From: the human T2T-CHM13v2.0 reference genome, Homo sapiens
DNA: 64,000 nucleotides
Direction: 5' to 3' (one strand)
Assembly (NCBI RefSeq): GCF_009914755.1
Contig: NC_060942.1
The notes beneath the pieces are model-generated. The model saw nothing but the letters and a program-made list of their open reading frames with translations. It was not told the origin of the DNA and did no database searches. Both the position numbers and the translations under genes were made by a program. Below are positions 1 to 12,822 of this stretch, in pieces. The stretch's first letter is position 1. Each line of letters begins with the position of its first letter.

Positions 1-830
1 AGGGATTTCTTCTTGGTTTTGATCCATTGCTGGTGAGCTGCTGTGATTTTTTTGCGGGTGTTAAAGAACCTCATTTTGTCATATTGCCAGAGTTGATTTT
101 CTAATTCCTTCTCATTTAGGTAAGCTCTGTCAGAGGGAAGGTCTAGCGCTCAAGACTGTCGTTCAGATTCTTTTGTCTCATGGAGTGTTCCCTTGATGTA
201 GTACTCTCCCTGCTTTCCTAGGGATGTGGCTTCCTAAGAGCTGAGCTGTAGTGATTGTTATCTGTCTTCCGGATCTAGCCACCCAGCAGATCTACCAGGC
301 TCCAGGATGGTACTGGGGGTTGTCTGCACAGAGTCCCGTGATGTGAACCATCTGTGGATCTCTCAGCTGTGGATACCAGTACCTGCTACAGTGGAGATTG
401 CAGGGGGGTAAACTAGACTCTGTTAGGGTCCTTAGTTTTGGTTGTTTAATGCTCTATTTTTATGCTGATTGGTCTCCTTCCAGGAGGTGGCACATTCAAG
501 ACAGCATCAGCTGTGCTCATATGGGGAGGATCAGGTGATGTGTGGGGCCCTAGAACTCCCGAAAGTGTATGCCCTTTATCTTCAGCTATCAGGGTGGGTA
601 GGGGTGGACCATCAGGTGGTGGCAGGGCTAGGCCTGTCTGAGCTCAGACTCTTCTTGGGTGGGTCTTGCTGCGGCTGCTGGGGGGGATGGGGTTGTGGTT
701 CCCAGGTAAATGGAGTTATGTTCTTAGGAGGATTATGACTGCCTCTACTGTGTCATGCAGGTTGTCAGGGAAGTAGGGGAAAGCGGGCAATCTCAGGTTT
801 CACTCAGCTTCCATGAAACCCAAAAGGCTT
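1..830 (-). mobile_element. L1 (L1PB/L1MA-type) 5'UTR/ORF1-start fragment
   Basis: Resembles antisense old-primate L1 5' region (GATCCATTGCTGGTGAGCTG..., GGATCTAGCCACCCAGCAGA...). Confidence 0.75.
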
Positions 831-1254
831 CAGAGTCCTTACACAAAAGGGGATTAGGCAGGGGACCAGTCAATAGAGCTCTTGCTCCATTTCCCCCCCT
901 AGTCCCATGAGGTAGCCAAGAGTTCTATTCATTGTTTAACCCTGTAGCCATGTCTTTGGGAATTGGCAGATAACCTGTAAAGAAAATCTTCTCAAAATCT
1001 AGAGTTACCAGGCTCACATCACCCAATTTCAACCCCATAATTGTTAACTGCCTTACATACTTTAAAGTACGTACATGGAAGACAAGCTTATAGCAATGGT
1101 AGACAGCGTATTTTAGGAAAATCCTCTTTTTGTGAACAACTAGAAAAGCTAGAAAACATATTTTCAAATCTATTTTCTGGTATCTAAGAGCCAATGATGT
1201 GCTCCAATCATCACATCTACTAACCTAATTGCATCTTTGCTCATATACTCTGCC

Positions 1255-1618
1255 TTTCCTCTTGTTACAATGGATGTGCTCTCCTAGCTTCTACAGCAAA
1301 CCCCTTCACTTGGATTACTGAATTTTATTCCATTTCACCTACTCAAGAACCTAGCTCTGGAAATTATTGCTTCTTATAAAAAATATAATCCCATCTTAAA
1401 AATAGACACTTTAAACAAAATGAACAAACATGCCTTCCTCTATCCTATTAACATTTTCTGTCGCCTTTATAGTAAAATGCTTCCAAAGCATTGCCTATTA
1501 TCATTTTCTCTATTTATTTTCATTCCATTCTTTCTTGAATCCACTCTAACCAGCCTGTTTCTCATTATTCCACCGAACTTTTTATAAATAATATGATAAC
1601 CTCTCATTTCCAAATCCC
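1255..1618 (+). mobile_element. L2 fragment (left part, interrupted by L1MA)
   Basis: L2-like pyrimidine-rich motifs (CCCCTTCACTTGG...CACCTACTCAAGAAC); resumes at ~4673. Confidence 0.6.
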
Positions 1619-1634
1619 AAAGTCTCCAATTTCA

Positions 1635-4203
1635 AAATCCTGTGATTTCCTTTCTCATTGCTTAATAGTATTTCCTTGTGTATATGGACCACATTTTCTG
1701 GTCCATTCATCTGTTATTGAACACCTAGGTTGATTCTGTATCTTGGTTATTGTAACTAGTGCTGCAATAAACATGGGGGTGCAGATGTGTCTTTGATATA
1801 CTGATTTTCTTTCCTTTGGATGAATGCCCAGTAGTGGAATTGCTGAATCATATAGGTATTCTGTTTGTAGTTTTTTAAGGTACCTTCATATTATATCCAT
1901 AGTATCCATACTAGTTTACATTCCCACCAAGAGTGTATAAGAGTTTCCTTTTCTCTGCATCCTCATCAGCATCTGTTATTTATCCTGACTGGGGTGATAT
2001 GATATCTCATTGTGGATGATTTGCATTTCCCTTATGATAAATAATGTTGAACATTTTTTCATAAATTTCTGGCCATTTGTATGTCTTCTTTTGAGAAATC
2101 TCTATGCAGATCATTTGTCAATATTTTAATCAACTTTTTTGTTTTGCTGTTTAGATGTATGAATTCCATTTATATTCTGGATATTAATCCCCTGTCAGAT
2201 GAATAGTTTGCAAATATTTTATTCCATTTTTAAGTTGTTATTTCACTCTGTTTATTGTTTCCTTTGCTGTGCATAAGATTTGATATAATCTCATTTGTTT
2301 AATTTTGCTTTTGTTCTCTGTGCATTTGAGGTCTTATTTATAAAATCTTTTTCCCAGACTACTGTCCTGAAATATTTCCCCTATGTTTTCTTCTAGTAGT
2401 TTAATTGTTTTGGTTCTTACATTTAGATCTCTGATGCATTTTGAGTTCATTTTTGTGTAATTTGAGAGGTGGGAGTATAGTTTCATTCTTCTGCATATGG
2501 ATATTTACATTTCCTAGAACCATTTATTGAAGAGACATTCCTTTCCCCAATGAGTGTTCTTGGCGCTTTTCCCCAAAATCAGTGCCTTAGTGGATAAGCA
2601 AATTATTTCTGAGATCTCTATTCTGTTCCATTGGTCTATGTCTCTGTTTTTGTGCCAGTATCATGCTTTTTTGGTTACTATAGATTTGTAGTATATTTTG
2701 AGTTTGGTAGGGCCTCCAGATTTGTTCTTTTTGCTCAGCATTGTTTTGGTTATTTGGCATCTTTTGCAGTTCCAAATGAATTTCAGGATTTTTCCTATTT
2801 CTGTGAAAAATGTCATTGGTATTTTGACAGGGATTATACTAAACCTGTAGAATGCTTTGGGTAGTATGGTCGTTTAAATATTACTTCTTCTGATCCATAA
2901 GCATAGTATATCTTTCCATTTATTTATATGCTCTTCAATGTTTTATAATTTTCCTTCTAGTGGTCCTTTACCTCCTTAGTTAAATTTGTTCCTAGGTATT
3001 TTATATTTATTGTTAATAGCATTGCCTTTTAAATTTCTTTTTCAGCTAGTTCATTGTTCATGTGTAGAAATGCTACTGATTTTGTATGTTGATTTTGTAT
3101 CCTACAACTTTATGGAATTCACTTATTCATTCTAAGAGTATGTTGGTAGGGTGTTTAGGTTTATATATTTATAAGATCCTGTCATCTGCATATAGGAACA
3201 ATTTGACTTTCTTTTTTACAATTTGGATGCCATTTATTTCCTTCTCTTGCCTAATTGCTCTGGCTAGGACTTCCCATACTATATTAAATAAGAGTGGTGA
3301 GAATGGGCATTTTTGTCTTGTTCTGGCTCTTAGAGGAAAATCTTCCAGTTTTTTTTTTATTCAGTATGATTTTAGCTGTGGGTTTGTCATATATGGTCTT
3401 TATTGTTTTGAGTTACTTTCCTTTTATGCCTAATTTATTGAGATATTTTTTATCATAAAGCGATGTTGAATTTGATCAAATCCCTTTTCTGCATCTATTG
3501 AGATAATCATATGGTTTTTATCCTTCATTCTGTTTGATGTGATGCATCACCATTATTGATTTGCATATGTTGAACCATCCTTGCATTCCTGAGCTAAATT
3601 CTACTTGATCATAATGTGTTATCCTTTTGATGTGTTGTTGGATTTGGTTTGCTAGCATTTTGTTGAGGATATCTTGTCTATATTTATCAGTAATATTGGC
3701 TTGTAGTTTTCTTTTCTGGTTTTGTTATAAGGTTATGCTGGCCTCATAGAATGAATTAGGAAATTATAGTAAGTATCAGGAAAGCAATGATAAGTGTTTG
3801 AGATGATGGTATGTTAATTACCCTGGTCTGATCACTATACATTGTATGTATCAAAACATCACTGTGTAACTCATAAATACATATAATTATTATAAGTCAA
3901 TTAAAAATTTTTGAAGCCTCCAATTCCACCTCAATTCACCCATCAGAATAAACTCTAAAGCTTTATCCTTTTCCTCATTTTTTTGGACTAGTTTAAGAAG
4001 AATTTGTATTAATTCTTCTTTAAATATTTGGTAGAATTCAGCAGTGAAGCCATCCAGTTCTGGAGTTTTCCTTATTGGGAGACTTTTTATTACTGATTTA
4101 GTATCATTACTTGTTATTGGTCTTCTCAAGTTTTCTTTCTTCTCAGTTCAATCTTGGTAGGTTGTAGGTATCAAGCAATTTATCTATTTCCTCTAAGTTT
4201 TTG
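1635..4203 (-). mobile_element. L1MA ORF2/3'UTR, inverted segment of a 5'-inverted L1
   Basis: Antisense L1 ORF2; the ORF track gives [38 protein letters not shown]. Confidence 0.9.
3775..3967 (+). repeat. Local duplicate of the L1MA 3' terminus plus its flank (copy of ~4520-4711)
   Basis: Aligns by eye with 4520-4711, including ~55 bp beyond the A-tail. Confidence 0.75.
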
Positions 4204-4656
4204 AACTACATGGATAGAACTGGAGGACATTATTTTAAGTGAAATAAGCCAGGAAAAGAAAGTTAAAAATTGCATGTTCTCATTCATAGGTGGAAGCTAC
4301 AAAAAATTAAAATAATAGAAGCAAAAAGTGGAACAGAAGATACTAGAGGCTGGGAAGAGGAGGAAAAGGAGGGCATAGGGAGAGATCTGTTGAAGGATAC
4401 AAAATCACAGCTAGATAGGAGGAATGAGTTCTAGTGTCCTATTTCAGTGTAGGATGATTATAGTTAACAATAATATATTATATAGTTTCATGTAGCTAGA
4501 AGATAACATTGAATTTTCCCAACCCAAATAATAAATGTTTGAGATGATGGATATGATAATTACTCTGGTCTGATTACTATACATTATATGTAATTAAAAC
4601 ATCACTATGTACCTCATAAATATGTGCAATTATATTATGTCAATTAAAACAATTTT
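4204..4656 (+). mobile_element. L1MA (MA4/MA5-like) 3'UTR, sense segment
   Basis: ACATGGATAGAACTGGAGGACATT... to the A-tail; TSD AAAGTCTCCAATTTCA 1619-1634 vs AAAGTCTTCAATCTCA 4657-4672. Confidence 0.9.
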
Positions 4657-4672
4657 AAAGTCTTCAATCTCA

Positions 4673-5215
4673 TCTCACTTGACTGACCTGAATAAAATCG
4701 AAAGTTTTATCATGGCCTCCATGGTTAGATCTGCTATCTTCCCACCTCCCATTTCCCTTGTCTGCATCTATCATGCTACCCCTTCTAACTCCCCTTCAGC
4801 CACACCAAGTTCTTTGCTGAACCTTCACTAGGACGATTACACACCTGCCTCAGAGCCTTTCCACTTGCAGTTTCTGTCAGAAGCATTTTCCCTCAAGATA
4901 TCTGTATGACTTTCTTCTTTGATTCTTTAAGTTTTGGCTCAAATGACAAGCTATCAAAGAGGACTTCCTAGGTGACCTTATTCAAATTAGCACACACTGC
5001 ATCATTCATTATCTGATCTCATTGCTTTGCTCTATTTTTTATTGTTGGCATTTATCACCTCTTGACATATATGATTATCTGTTTATTGTCTCCCCCACCT
5101 AAATGCACCTCCATTGGAATAATGACATGGTCTGTTTTTGTTCAGAGTTGTATGCCCACAACTTGGAAAAGCACCTGGCACATGATAAACCTCAATAACT
5201 ATTTACTGAACGCAT
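4673..5215 (+). mobile_element. L2 3' end
   Basis: Ends with GCACCTGGCACATGATAAACCTCAATAACTATTTACTGAA, a typical L2 tail. Confidence 0.8.
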
Positions 5216-6973
5216 TTTAAAAACAGGAATAATTTGAGCTAGTCATGAAAACATGGCCAGAAAATTTACTAATTTACATTCATCAAATTTTGTTACACTA
5301 AGTAGGTTAAAGCAATGGAGCCCAATTTAATTAATTTTCCACTTCCCCAACAAAATCCTAATAATAAACAAGCTGATGAGGAAAAAAACCTAATAATCAC
5401 TTACCAGATTTGGGAAAATGGAACAGTGAAAAAGAGACCTACACCTGGTGGACTTGAGTGTGGGAAGAACTCTATAACACATCTGAGCTCCTGAAAAGTG
5501 TGGGCTACTGTAATGCTCACCTGCTAATTCAGCTAATGTTGTGAGCTCCAGCTTGAACCCTCATAATTTACCCAGCAAATAAATTACAGAAGACAAGTTG
5601 TGGTGATTGGTCCAAGAGAAGGCAGGTCATATCCATCACCAAAAAATATACTAAAAGAGAACCCCTCCATACCAGCCAACAATAAGCATATTTTATTTTG
5701 TATGCCAGGGTGTGAAATGAAGGGAATGAGTAATTGATGCAATTTTTGTTTTTCCTTTTACCTCAAATTAAAAGTCTTCATTTAAAAGGAAAATCATTTT
5801 AGTTTGCTGTAGTTTTGCAATTATATGGGTCTTATTTCTTTGGAGATGATTATAGGAGGACCTAACATACCACACATGAAACTGTTTTCTACTCATACAG
5901 ATAAATGGAGATTTTGTAAGACAAGAAATACATGTGGGGTTAGATTGCCACCTAGATTTATCTTTCTTAAAATACAGTTTCCTTACTCTAAAATATATAA
6001 TGCCTGTGTAATGTCTCAGCCTTATTTATCTGACATAAAAGAAGTTCTTTTTTCTTTCTTTTAAGTATCACCTTAAGAAATCTCCTAAACTCTCTCAGTA
6101 TGAAGTATTAGGTTAATAACACCTAACAAAAGTGTTATGGGACAAAGGGGCACGAGGATTTGTCTAATGATAGAAGAAATTCTTGTCATCTAAATTCATT
6201 TTATTTTAATTTCTAAAGGAGATTAGTGTCTCAATACTTCAATAAATGTTTTAAGTGAAGTTGTAGGTGTGCATATAATTCATTGCAGTGCATATCATCC
6301 TATTGCAGGATGTTGAAGATTTTGGTTAAGCTAGAAGTACTCCAAATGCAATAAATATTTACATTTCAGTATCTTTGAGTCAAGTGTTAATACAATATTC
6401 CTAATGGAAACAGAAAAGCAATACATAAAATATCAACACAAGAAAGCTCCTAAGTTAAAATATAAAAATATATTCTTAGTGCTAACATTTTCTCTGAGAA
6501 TTGAGAAAACAATCACAGGTTTTGTTTGTCTGTCTGCATCATGGTGACTATAATAAAAGCGTAACATTTCTCTTAATTATCATCTGTGGAATATTCACAT
6601 ATACCTATAATAATCTAAATAATGGTTTCTGTACATACAGTAGTGTATATTATTCTGAGAACAAACTCTGTCCTATACTCTGTCATTCTTATGTGCTCTT
6701 GAAAGAATCCCAAGTGGCTCCTAACCTTTATTGGGAAAAAAAAATCTATAAGAGATCCCCAGAGGGATTCTCAAAACAAAACAGAGAAAAAGAGGGATAA
6801 GAGTTGCAAAGATTTCTAAAGCCTGGAGAAAAATAAGTCAGTGTCATAAAATCAATGACCTGACAAGACTAAAACTTTTATTTCTCTCTGTTGAGTCTCA
6901 ATGCTAGGTTAGCTTTTGTATTGTAATTCTTGAGCTAGGTAGAAAGGTTCCTGGAAATGCTAAAATACAAATA

Positions 6974-7294
6974 CAGTAGTCCCCTCTATTCCATGGGGGA
7001 TACATTCCAAGACCCCCAGTGAATGTCTAAAACCTCAGATAATACCAACCCTATATATACTTTTTTTCTTATACATATATACCTGTGATAAAGTTTAGTT
7101 TATCATAATTAAGCAGAGTAAGAGATTAATCATAAAATAGAACAATTATAACAATATATCGTAATAAAAGTTATGTGAATATGGTCTCTTTCTCTCTCTC
7201 TCTTCCTCAAAATATATTATTGAACTGTACCCACCTATTTTCAGACTACATTGAAACCACAGAAAATAAAACCATGTATAAGTGGGGACTACTG
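6974..7294. mobile_element. MER44A-like Tigger-derived MITE
   Basis: TIRs CAGTAGTCCCC / GGGGACTACTG with TA target duplications; 321 bp. Confidence 0.85.
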
Positions 7295-8081
7295 TAAGTG
7301 TAATTTCTGAATACTTCATAGATTCTCTGAACGTAATTTCTACCTGTAAATTCAAGGTTGACTTTGCTCGTGTCACATGAAAATATGCAACGCTTCCTTG
7401 AAATAATTCTGTGTTTGCAATATTCACTTTCAAATAAATTTCATTTCACTGTCTCTGCACTGTTTGTAGCATCCCTATATTATTAGTGCAGTTTGAAGAC
7501 CAGAGACTTAAAGAGCTTCACATTTTCTGGGACTCCTTTAATGTCAGTGGAGTGAAACCCAATTAGAACTTGGGTATAGGGGGTGGAAAGTGTAAATATA
7601 GGTGGCATATTTGTTTCCTCCTGCAATCCCATCAAAACAACAGTAAATATACATATTTAAAGGGATAAACACTCAAAGATTATATAAGTAGGGAAGCGGA
7701 AAACACCGAAGGTGTCACATTTGTTTCCAGGCATATCCATTTTAAAAGAAAACTCCTAGCCCATGAGAGCATTTTAAGTAAGAAGCTTCAACATATTTTG
7801 GGCAGAATGAAGGCAGCTAATGAAGCAGTCATTGACACAGCAGAGGTTGAAGCCCCTTAAAGCGTGGGAAGTGATTGTCCTTTGGAGCCAGGACAGAGAG
7901 TGGTGGGAGGACTCCTGCTTTTTTCTTAAGTCTTTCAGCACCACGTACTTTATAGAAATGTATTAACTTCATGAAAGTAAAAACTAATGTACTAAATTAA
8001 AATTAAAGGAAATTATTGGAAAGATAATAGCACTTCTCATGGAATATGAAGGATTGAAAAAAATATCTGTGGGTAGGTTAC

Positions 8082-8494
8082 TGTGCTAGTCAGTAGTGCT
8101 GTTTGATAAACTATTTCCTGGTTGTTCCCCAGTGTAGCCATATGGTTTGTACTTCATGCCCCTGCCATATGGTTAGGTAGGGCAATTTAACCACTCCTGG
8201 TTAATGATTTGAGAACGGAAGTGGTAAGTGGCATTTCTGGACCTGAGTATTTAATTATTGGTGAGAGACCCTTCAGAGCGTGTTCATTTCCCTCTGACAT
8301 GGGGAGCAACAACATGGAAGAAGGGTCTGCTCCATACACCAGGGTCCCTACATGATTGTGATGATCCAGTCCTCAACTGATCCCTTATAGATATGAAAAT
8401 GTACAAGAAATAAACCTGTATTATTTAAACCGCTGTGATTTGGAGGTTATTCATTACTGTTAACCATCCTAATAATGTTGACCATCCTAATACA
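8082..8494 (+). mobile_element. MLT1 (I/J-like) MaLR LTR
   Basis: TGTG start; AATAAACC...CCTAATACA end typical of MLT1. Confidence 0.65.
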
Positions 8495-8499
8495 ATTAG

Positions 8500-8883
8500 G
8501 AATACAGCTGGACCTACAGGACAGTCAGAATCAGAGACTCTCTGTCTGAGTTCCCATCTCTCTTTTCTGTGAACATGCAGCAGCAAGGTAGTTGTCCAGT
8601 AGCTCCCAGGCTTCACATCTCACAGCATCTGTCGGAAGACAGGCACCAACTTTCTTCCTCATTTTTAGGTCAGAAACTGGGGAAACACTTTTATTGCTGT
8701 GGCTGCTCTCCTGAGCCAATAAAGGGAGATCAGTGGTTCAGAGTCAGGAAATGACAGATAAGAGCATGTAAGAATCATCTAACCACATGATTCGGAAGAG
8801 AGTAGGGCATGTCCCCAAAATGGCAGAGTAATGTTTCCAGGACAAAAGAAGTTGCTGAACCAACAAAATAATGGCCATCTACT
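8500..8883 (-). mobile_element. Old MLT1 (K/L-like) LTR fragment
   Basis: End motif GCTGAACCAACAAAATAATGGCCATCTACT resembles the MLT1K terminus. Confidence 0.45.
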
Positions 8884-9194
8884 CCAAGTTACTGTCAATT
8901 TAATTTATACTTCCTTAACATTTTGGTGTTTAAATAAAAATATTTAACATCTATTATATAATCTTTGATTACTTTCACAGTTTCATGGTGCATCATTCAT
9001 TAAACGTATCAGTGACCACTCTAGATGGCTATGTGGAACGATGTGTAGTGTTCCAACAAGCCATGCTCTTTCATGCCTCCGTGTCTTTGGCACAACATGG
9101 AATGCCCTTATCTCATTGCCTATGTACCCAAGTCTACTGATTCCTAGAGACTCAACTCAAGTGTTAACTACCTCTGAGAATCTCCCCAGAGACA

Positions 9195-9410
9195 GTGTGC
9201 CTTAGTGTAAAGAGTCCAAGCTTCAGACTCAGAGAGATGCAGGCTGAACAGCCATTGTGCCATTTACTAGCATGTAAACTTGGTCAACTTACTAATCTCT
9301 TAGAAGTCTAATTTCAACATCTGTAAAATGATAATAATGACAAATTTACAAGTTTTTATAGATTAGAAATAACAGCATGCATGTATAGTTCCCAGAACAT
9401 AGTCTGTAAC
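9195..9410 (+). mobile_element. MIR (inside L2 remnants ~9050-9740)
   Basis: MIR core CATTTACTAGCATGTAAACTTGGTCAA...CATCTGTAAAATG. Confidence 0.75.
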
Positions 9411-9547
9411 AGCTAGAAAATATGTATTCTATATCTCATATTATATTATAGTACGATTTTCTACATGTATACTTGTCTTTCACAGTAGTCTTCAAGTTTC
9501 CTGGATAAGTAATATGCTTTACTCATCTTCAGTGAATATAGCTGTTT

Positions 9548-9710
9548 CTAGCGCATTAGAACTGGGGAGTTAAAAACAGTTCCGCTTGCTGATTCTTATC
9601 CTAGAGACACTGCTTTAATTGATGTGGGATGCAGCCAGGGCATTGGTGTTTTTAAAAACACCAACTTCCCTTGTGGTGTTAATGTGCAGCCAGAATTGAG
9701 AATCACAGTA
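9548..9710. mobile_element. MER5A/B hAT-Charlie MITE
   Basis: GCATTAGAA...GGGCATTGGTGTTTTTAAAA...GCAGCCAGAATTGAGAATCAC. Confidence 0.7.
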
Positions 9711-9960
9711 CTAGGTGCTCAGATATTTGTTGAATGAATGTTGTTCATTCTACAAGGCATTTCTAAGGCTCTACTAAATGTTTCGCTTATATAAAACTTT
9801 TATCTTTAACTTTAGGGAAAGCCTATAATCTTAGCAAAGGTGACCATTTAATGAGATATATTACTCTGTTGCACTTTGGAAGAAACAAATGTAATAGACA
9901 AGGAGCTCAAGGCTCAACAAGGTTGATTACGGTTGACCATTCCTTTTCTATCTCATGTGG

Positions 9961-10763
9961 AGACCTTATGCTTCATCTCTAAGCAGCTGCCCCGGGATAA
10001 CCAGTAGTGTGTGAGTTGCATGGGCTTCAAAATGAGAACTGCCTATCTTAAAAAGTGGGGAGCAAAGGATACTGAAGACATGTTTGTCTTTTCTTTTCTC
10101 AAATTTCTGTTTATAAGTTTTAAATTTCTAGCTAGGTTTATGATTGTATATTTCTTCCACTATGAAAATATGCTGAATAATAAATATCTATTCTGTTTGA
10201 CAGAGCAGATAATATCTTTCCTCCTTCTAGGCATACTCCTGAAATGTGAAATGAATAAATAAATATGTATCTCCACTAAATTGATATATTTGATATATAA
10301 ATTGATATGAACTGATACAAATTGATATGTATATATATATCTCAGCTGTTTATAGCATTAAATAATAACAAATTGAATTTGCATTTTTTTAAAGATGCAT
10401 GGGCATTTATGCTGTTTCTTAGTTTTTAATTAAAGTGTACAATTGATGGTGAAGATTTGCAGCAGCTCCAAGTATTGCCCATTAAATAACATTTGTTGTC
10501 AAAGGATTATTTATTACCGTGGTTAATAAACAAAATGGATTTTAGAAAAGTCTAAACTCTACAATAGCTTTCCATTCTTTTCTTTCCTTTTTGTCTTTGA
10601 TGTTCTTTAAGCAAATGTCTAATATACCACAATGTCACCATGACTTATAACGATTTGAAATTACAAAGAAAATCCAAGAATAACTATCTTAATCCCTTCC
10701 AGACCTTATGCCTCATCTGTAAGCAGCCACCAGTGGATAACTAGTAGTGTGTAACTAGCATGG
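9961..10763 (+). repeat. 63-bp direct repeat pair (9961-10023, 10701-10763)
   Basis: Ungapped alignment, 52/63 identical, 740 bp apart. Confidence 0.9.
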
Positions 10764-11254
10764 TTTGATAAAAAATTAGAATTATTTCAAAAAGGATAGT
10801 TTCAAAATGATCAAATCTGGATGCTAACTTACATTATTTGAAATACTCAATTTTTAAACTAATTGCACGTAATTGTTTTGACGACTCAATTTAATGGATT
10901 TCCATTTTTTATTTTAAAACATGTAGCTATCCCTGACCATCATTGGGACATAGATTATTATTTCTTTGGACCTCAACTTCCAGGATTGAACAGTGAAGAA
11001 TTAAAAATAGCTGAATTTCAGATTCCTTAAATTTCACCAGTTCTATGTTTAAAAAAAAACACACTGGTTAAATAAAAGGCAAAATAAAAACAACAACAAC
11101 AACAAAAACACAACTTAAGAATTATCAACCGATGCTTTTTTATTTTAATTAAATTGTTGGCCAAGTTTTCTTTTTTTTCTATGCAATGCCCATAGGCGAC
11201 TGTTACAGCTAATGTCCATGTTTGTTTCACTTTTTAGTTAGCTGTTACCGAGAG

Positions 11255-11750
11255 CAGTTGTTATCGAAGTTCTCCAGAGACCACTGGGCCCCCAAGACCC
11301 TTTGAAGAGTACATAAGGTCACAATTATAATAATACTAAGCTGCTTCTTGCCTTGTTTGCTCTTATTATCTCCCAAGTGTACAGTGGAGTTTCCCAGAGG
11401 CTGTGTGATGCATGCTATTACAACAGATTAAACGCCGAAGCAGAGACGAGATCCAGTTGCATCTACTAAATCAGAGATTTGTAAAAAAAAGAACAACGCT
11501 ACTTTTGATACTGAACATTTTTTGTTTGAGAAAAAAGTTATATTTCATGAGAAGTATGCTGTTTATAAGAACATAAAATGTATAATGGGTTTAATTATTT
11601 TTAAGTTAAAAACATTTTAAAATGTATTGATTTTAATTTTTAATATTTCAATATCAATAGATACAACCTACATAAACAAAAACTCTATGGGCCCTTAAAA
11701 TTTTTTTAAGAGTATGAAAGGGTCCTGAGATAAAAGTTTGAAATCTTTTG
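11255..11750 (+). mobile_element. Charlie4a-like hAT element
   Basis: CAGTTGTT start; AGACCCTTTG...GTGTACAGTGGAGTTTCCCAGAGGCT; end GGGTCCTGAGA...AAAGTTTGA. Confidence 0.75.
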
Positions 11751-12084
11751 ACTTAAAATATTGGAAATTGGGGTGTGTCATATAATATCTTTATACCTAT
11801 GCGTAACATTTTCAAAACAGTTACTCATTTTCCAGTCTAAGTGGATTGTCCCTGCCTTCTGCATGCCAAACTGAGGTCATCTAGGCTTGATACCTTTCCT
11901 TCTACAAACATTAACTCACATGGGCTAGGTGGAACTCCCTGAGGGCAGGAACCATGGAGTCTGACACTGATAGTTATTGAATGAATAAATAAGTTGATGT
12001 CATTCAAAGTACAGCATGCAATACAACAGTTCTGAACTTTTTAAAAAATAGTAACTCTAAAAATAATAAATACATACATAAAAT

Positions 12085-12822
12085 CCCCGATCTTGGTTAA
12101 AGCCAACTGCTTCCTGTGACACAACGCCCTACCAGACAGCTGACATGGCTGGAGAAAGGCACACAAGAATGCTGACTAGTCCCATTTGAAATTTATGAGA
12201 ATTAATTTGAATTGTGTCCTCAAGGGAACCTGGCAATCATATTATATTTCCTTAGATGACTATTAAATACCTTCTCCTGTCTCCTCAAACATGCAACATC
12301 TGTTCCCCTATCCCTACTCTCACCTGATGACTCAGTTTCCTATTTCACCACAACTATTATCTACAAGTCCCTTCTTTTCTCTACTCTGTACCATAGACAG
12401 AGTGATTGTACCCCACTAAGGCCAATGCCTCCACTAGAGCCCATTCCTCTTGCTTACTCAAGGACATCCTCCAGAAATTCCTCCTTGATAATTGTCTCCA
12501 CCAAAAATTCCTATTAGCATAAAAATCAGCTGAGATTCCTCCAATATTAAATTTTCTTTTCTCCTGGTCCCATCCCTGACCAGTTATAACTCCACCTTTC
12601 TGTCCCCCTTTATAATGTAACTTCCTTCAAGGTTGTTGATATTTACCACTTCCGATTCGTTTCCTCTCCTTTTCTCTTAACCTCTCTTCAGGCAGGCTTT
12701 TCTCCTATTTTTTTTTTTTTTTATCAGTATCACAGTGACATCCACACTGCTAAATCTGATGGTTAATTCTCAGCTCTCCTCTTACTTGACCTTTCGGATA
12801 TACTTGACACAACTGATAACAA
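12085..12822 (+). mobile_element. L2 ORF2-region fragment
   Basis: GCTGGAGAAAGGCACACAA...CTTGACCTTTCGGATATACTTGACACAACTGA (decayed L2 RT LDLSAAFDTVDH). Confidence 0.75.
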
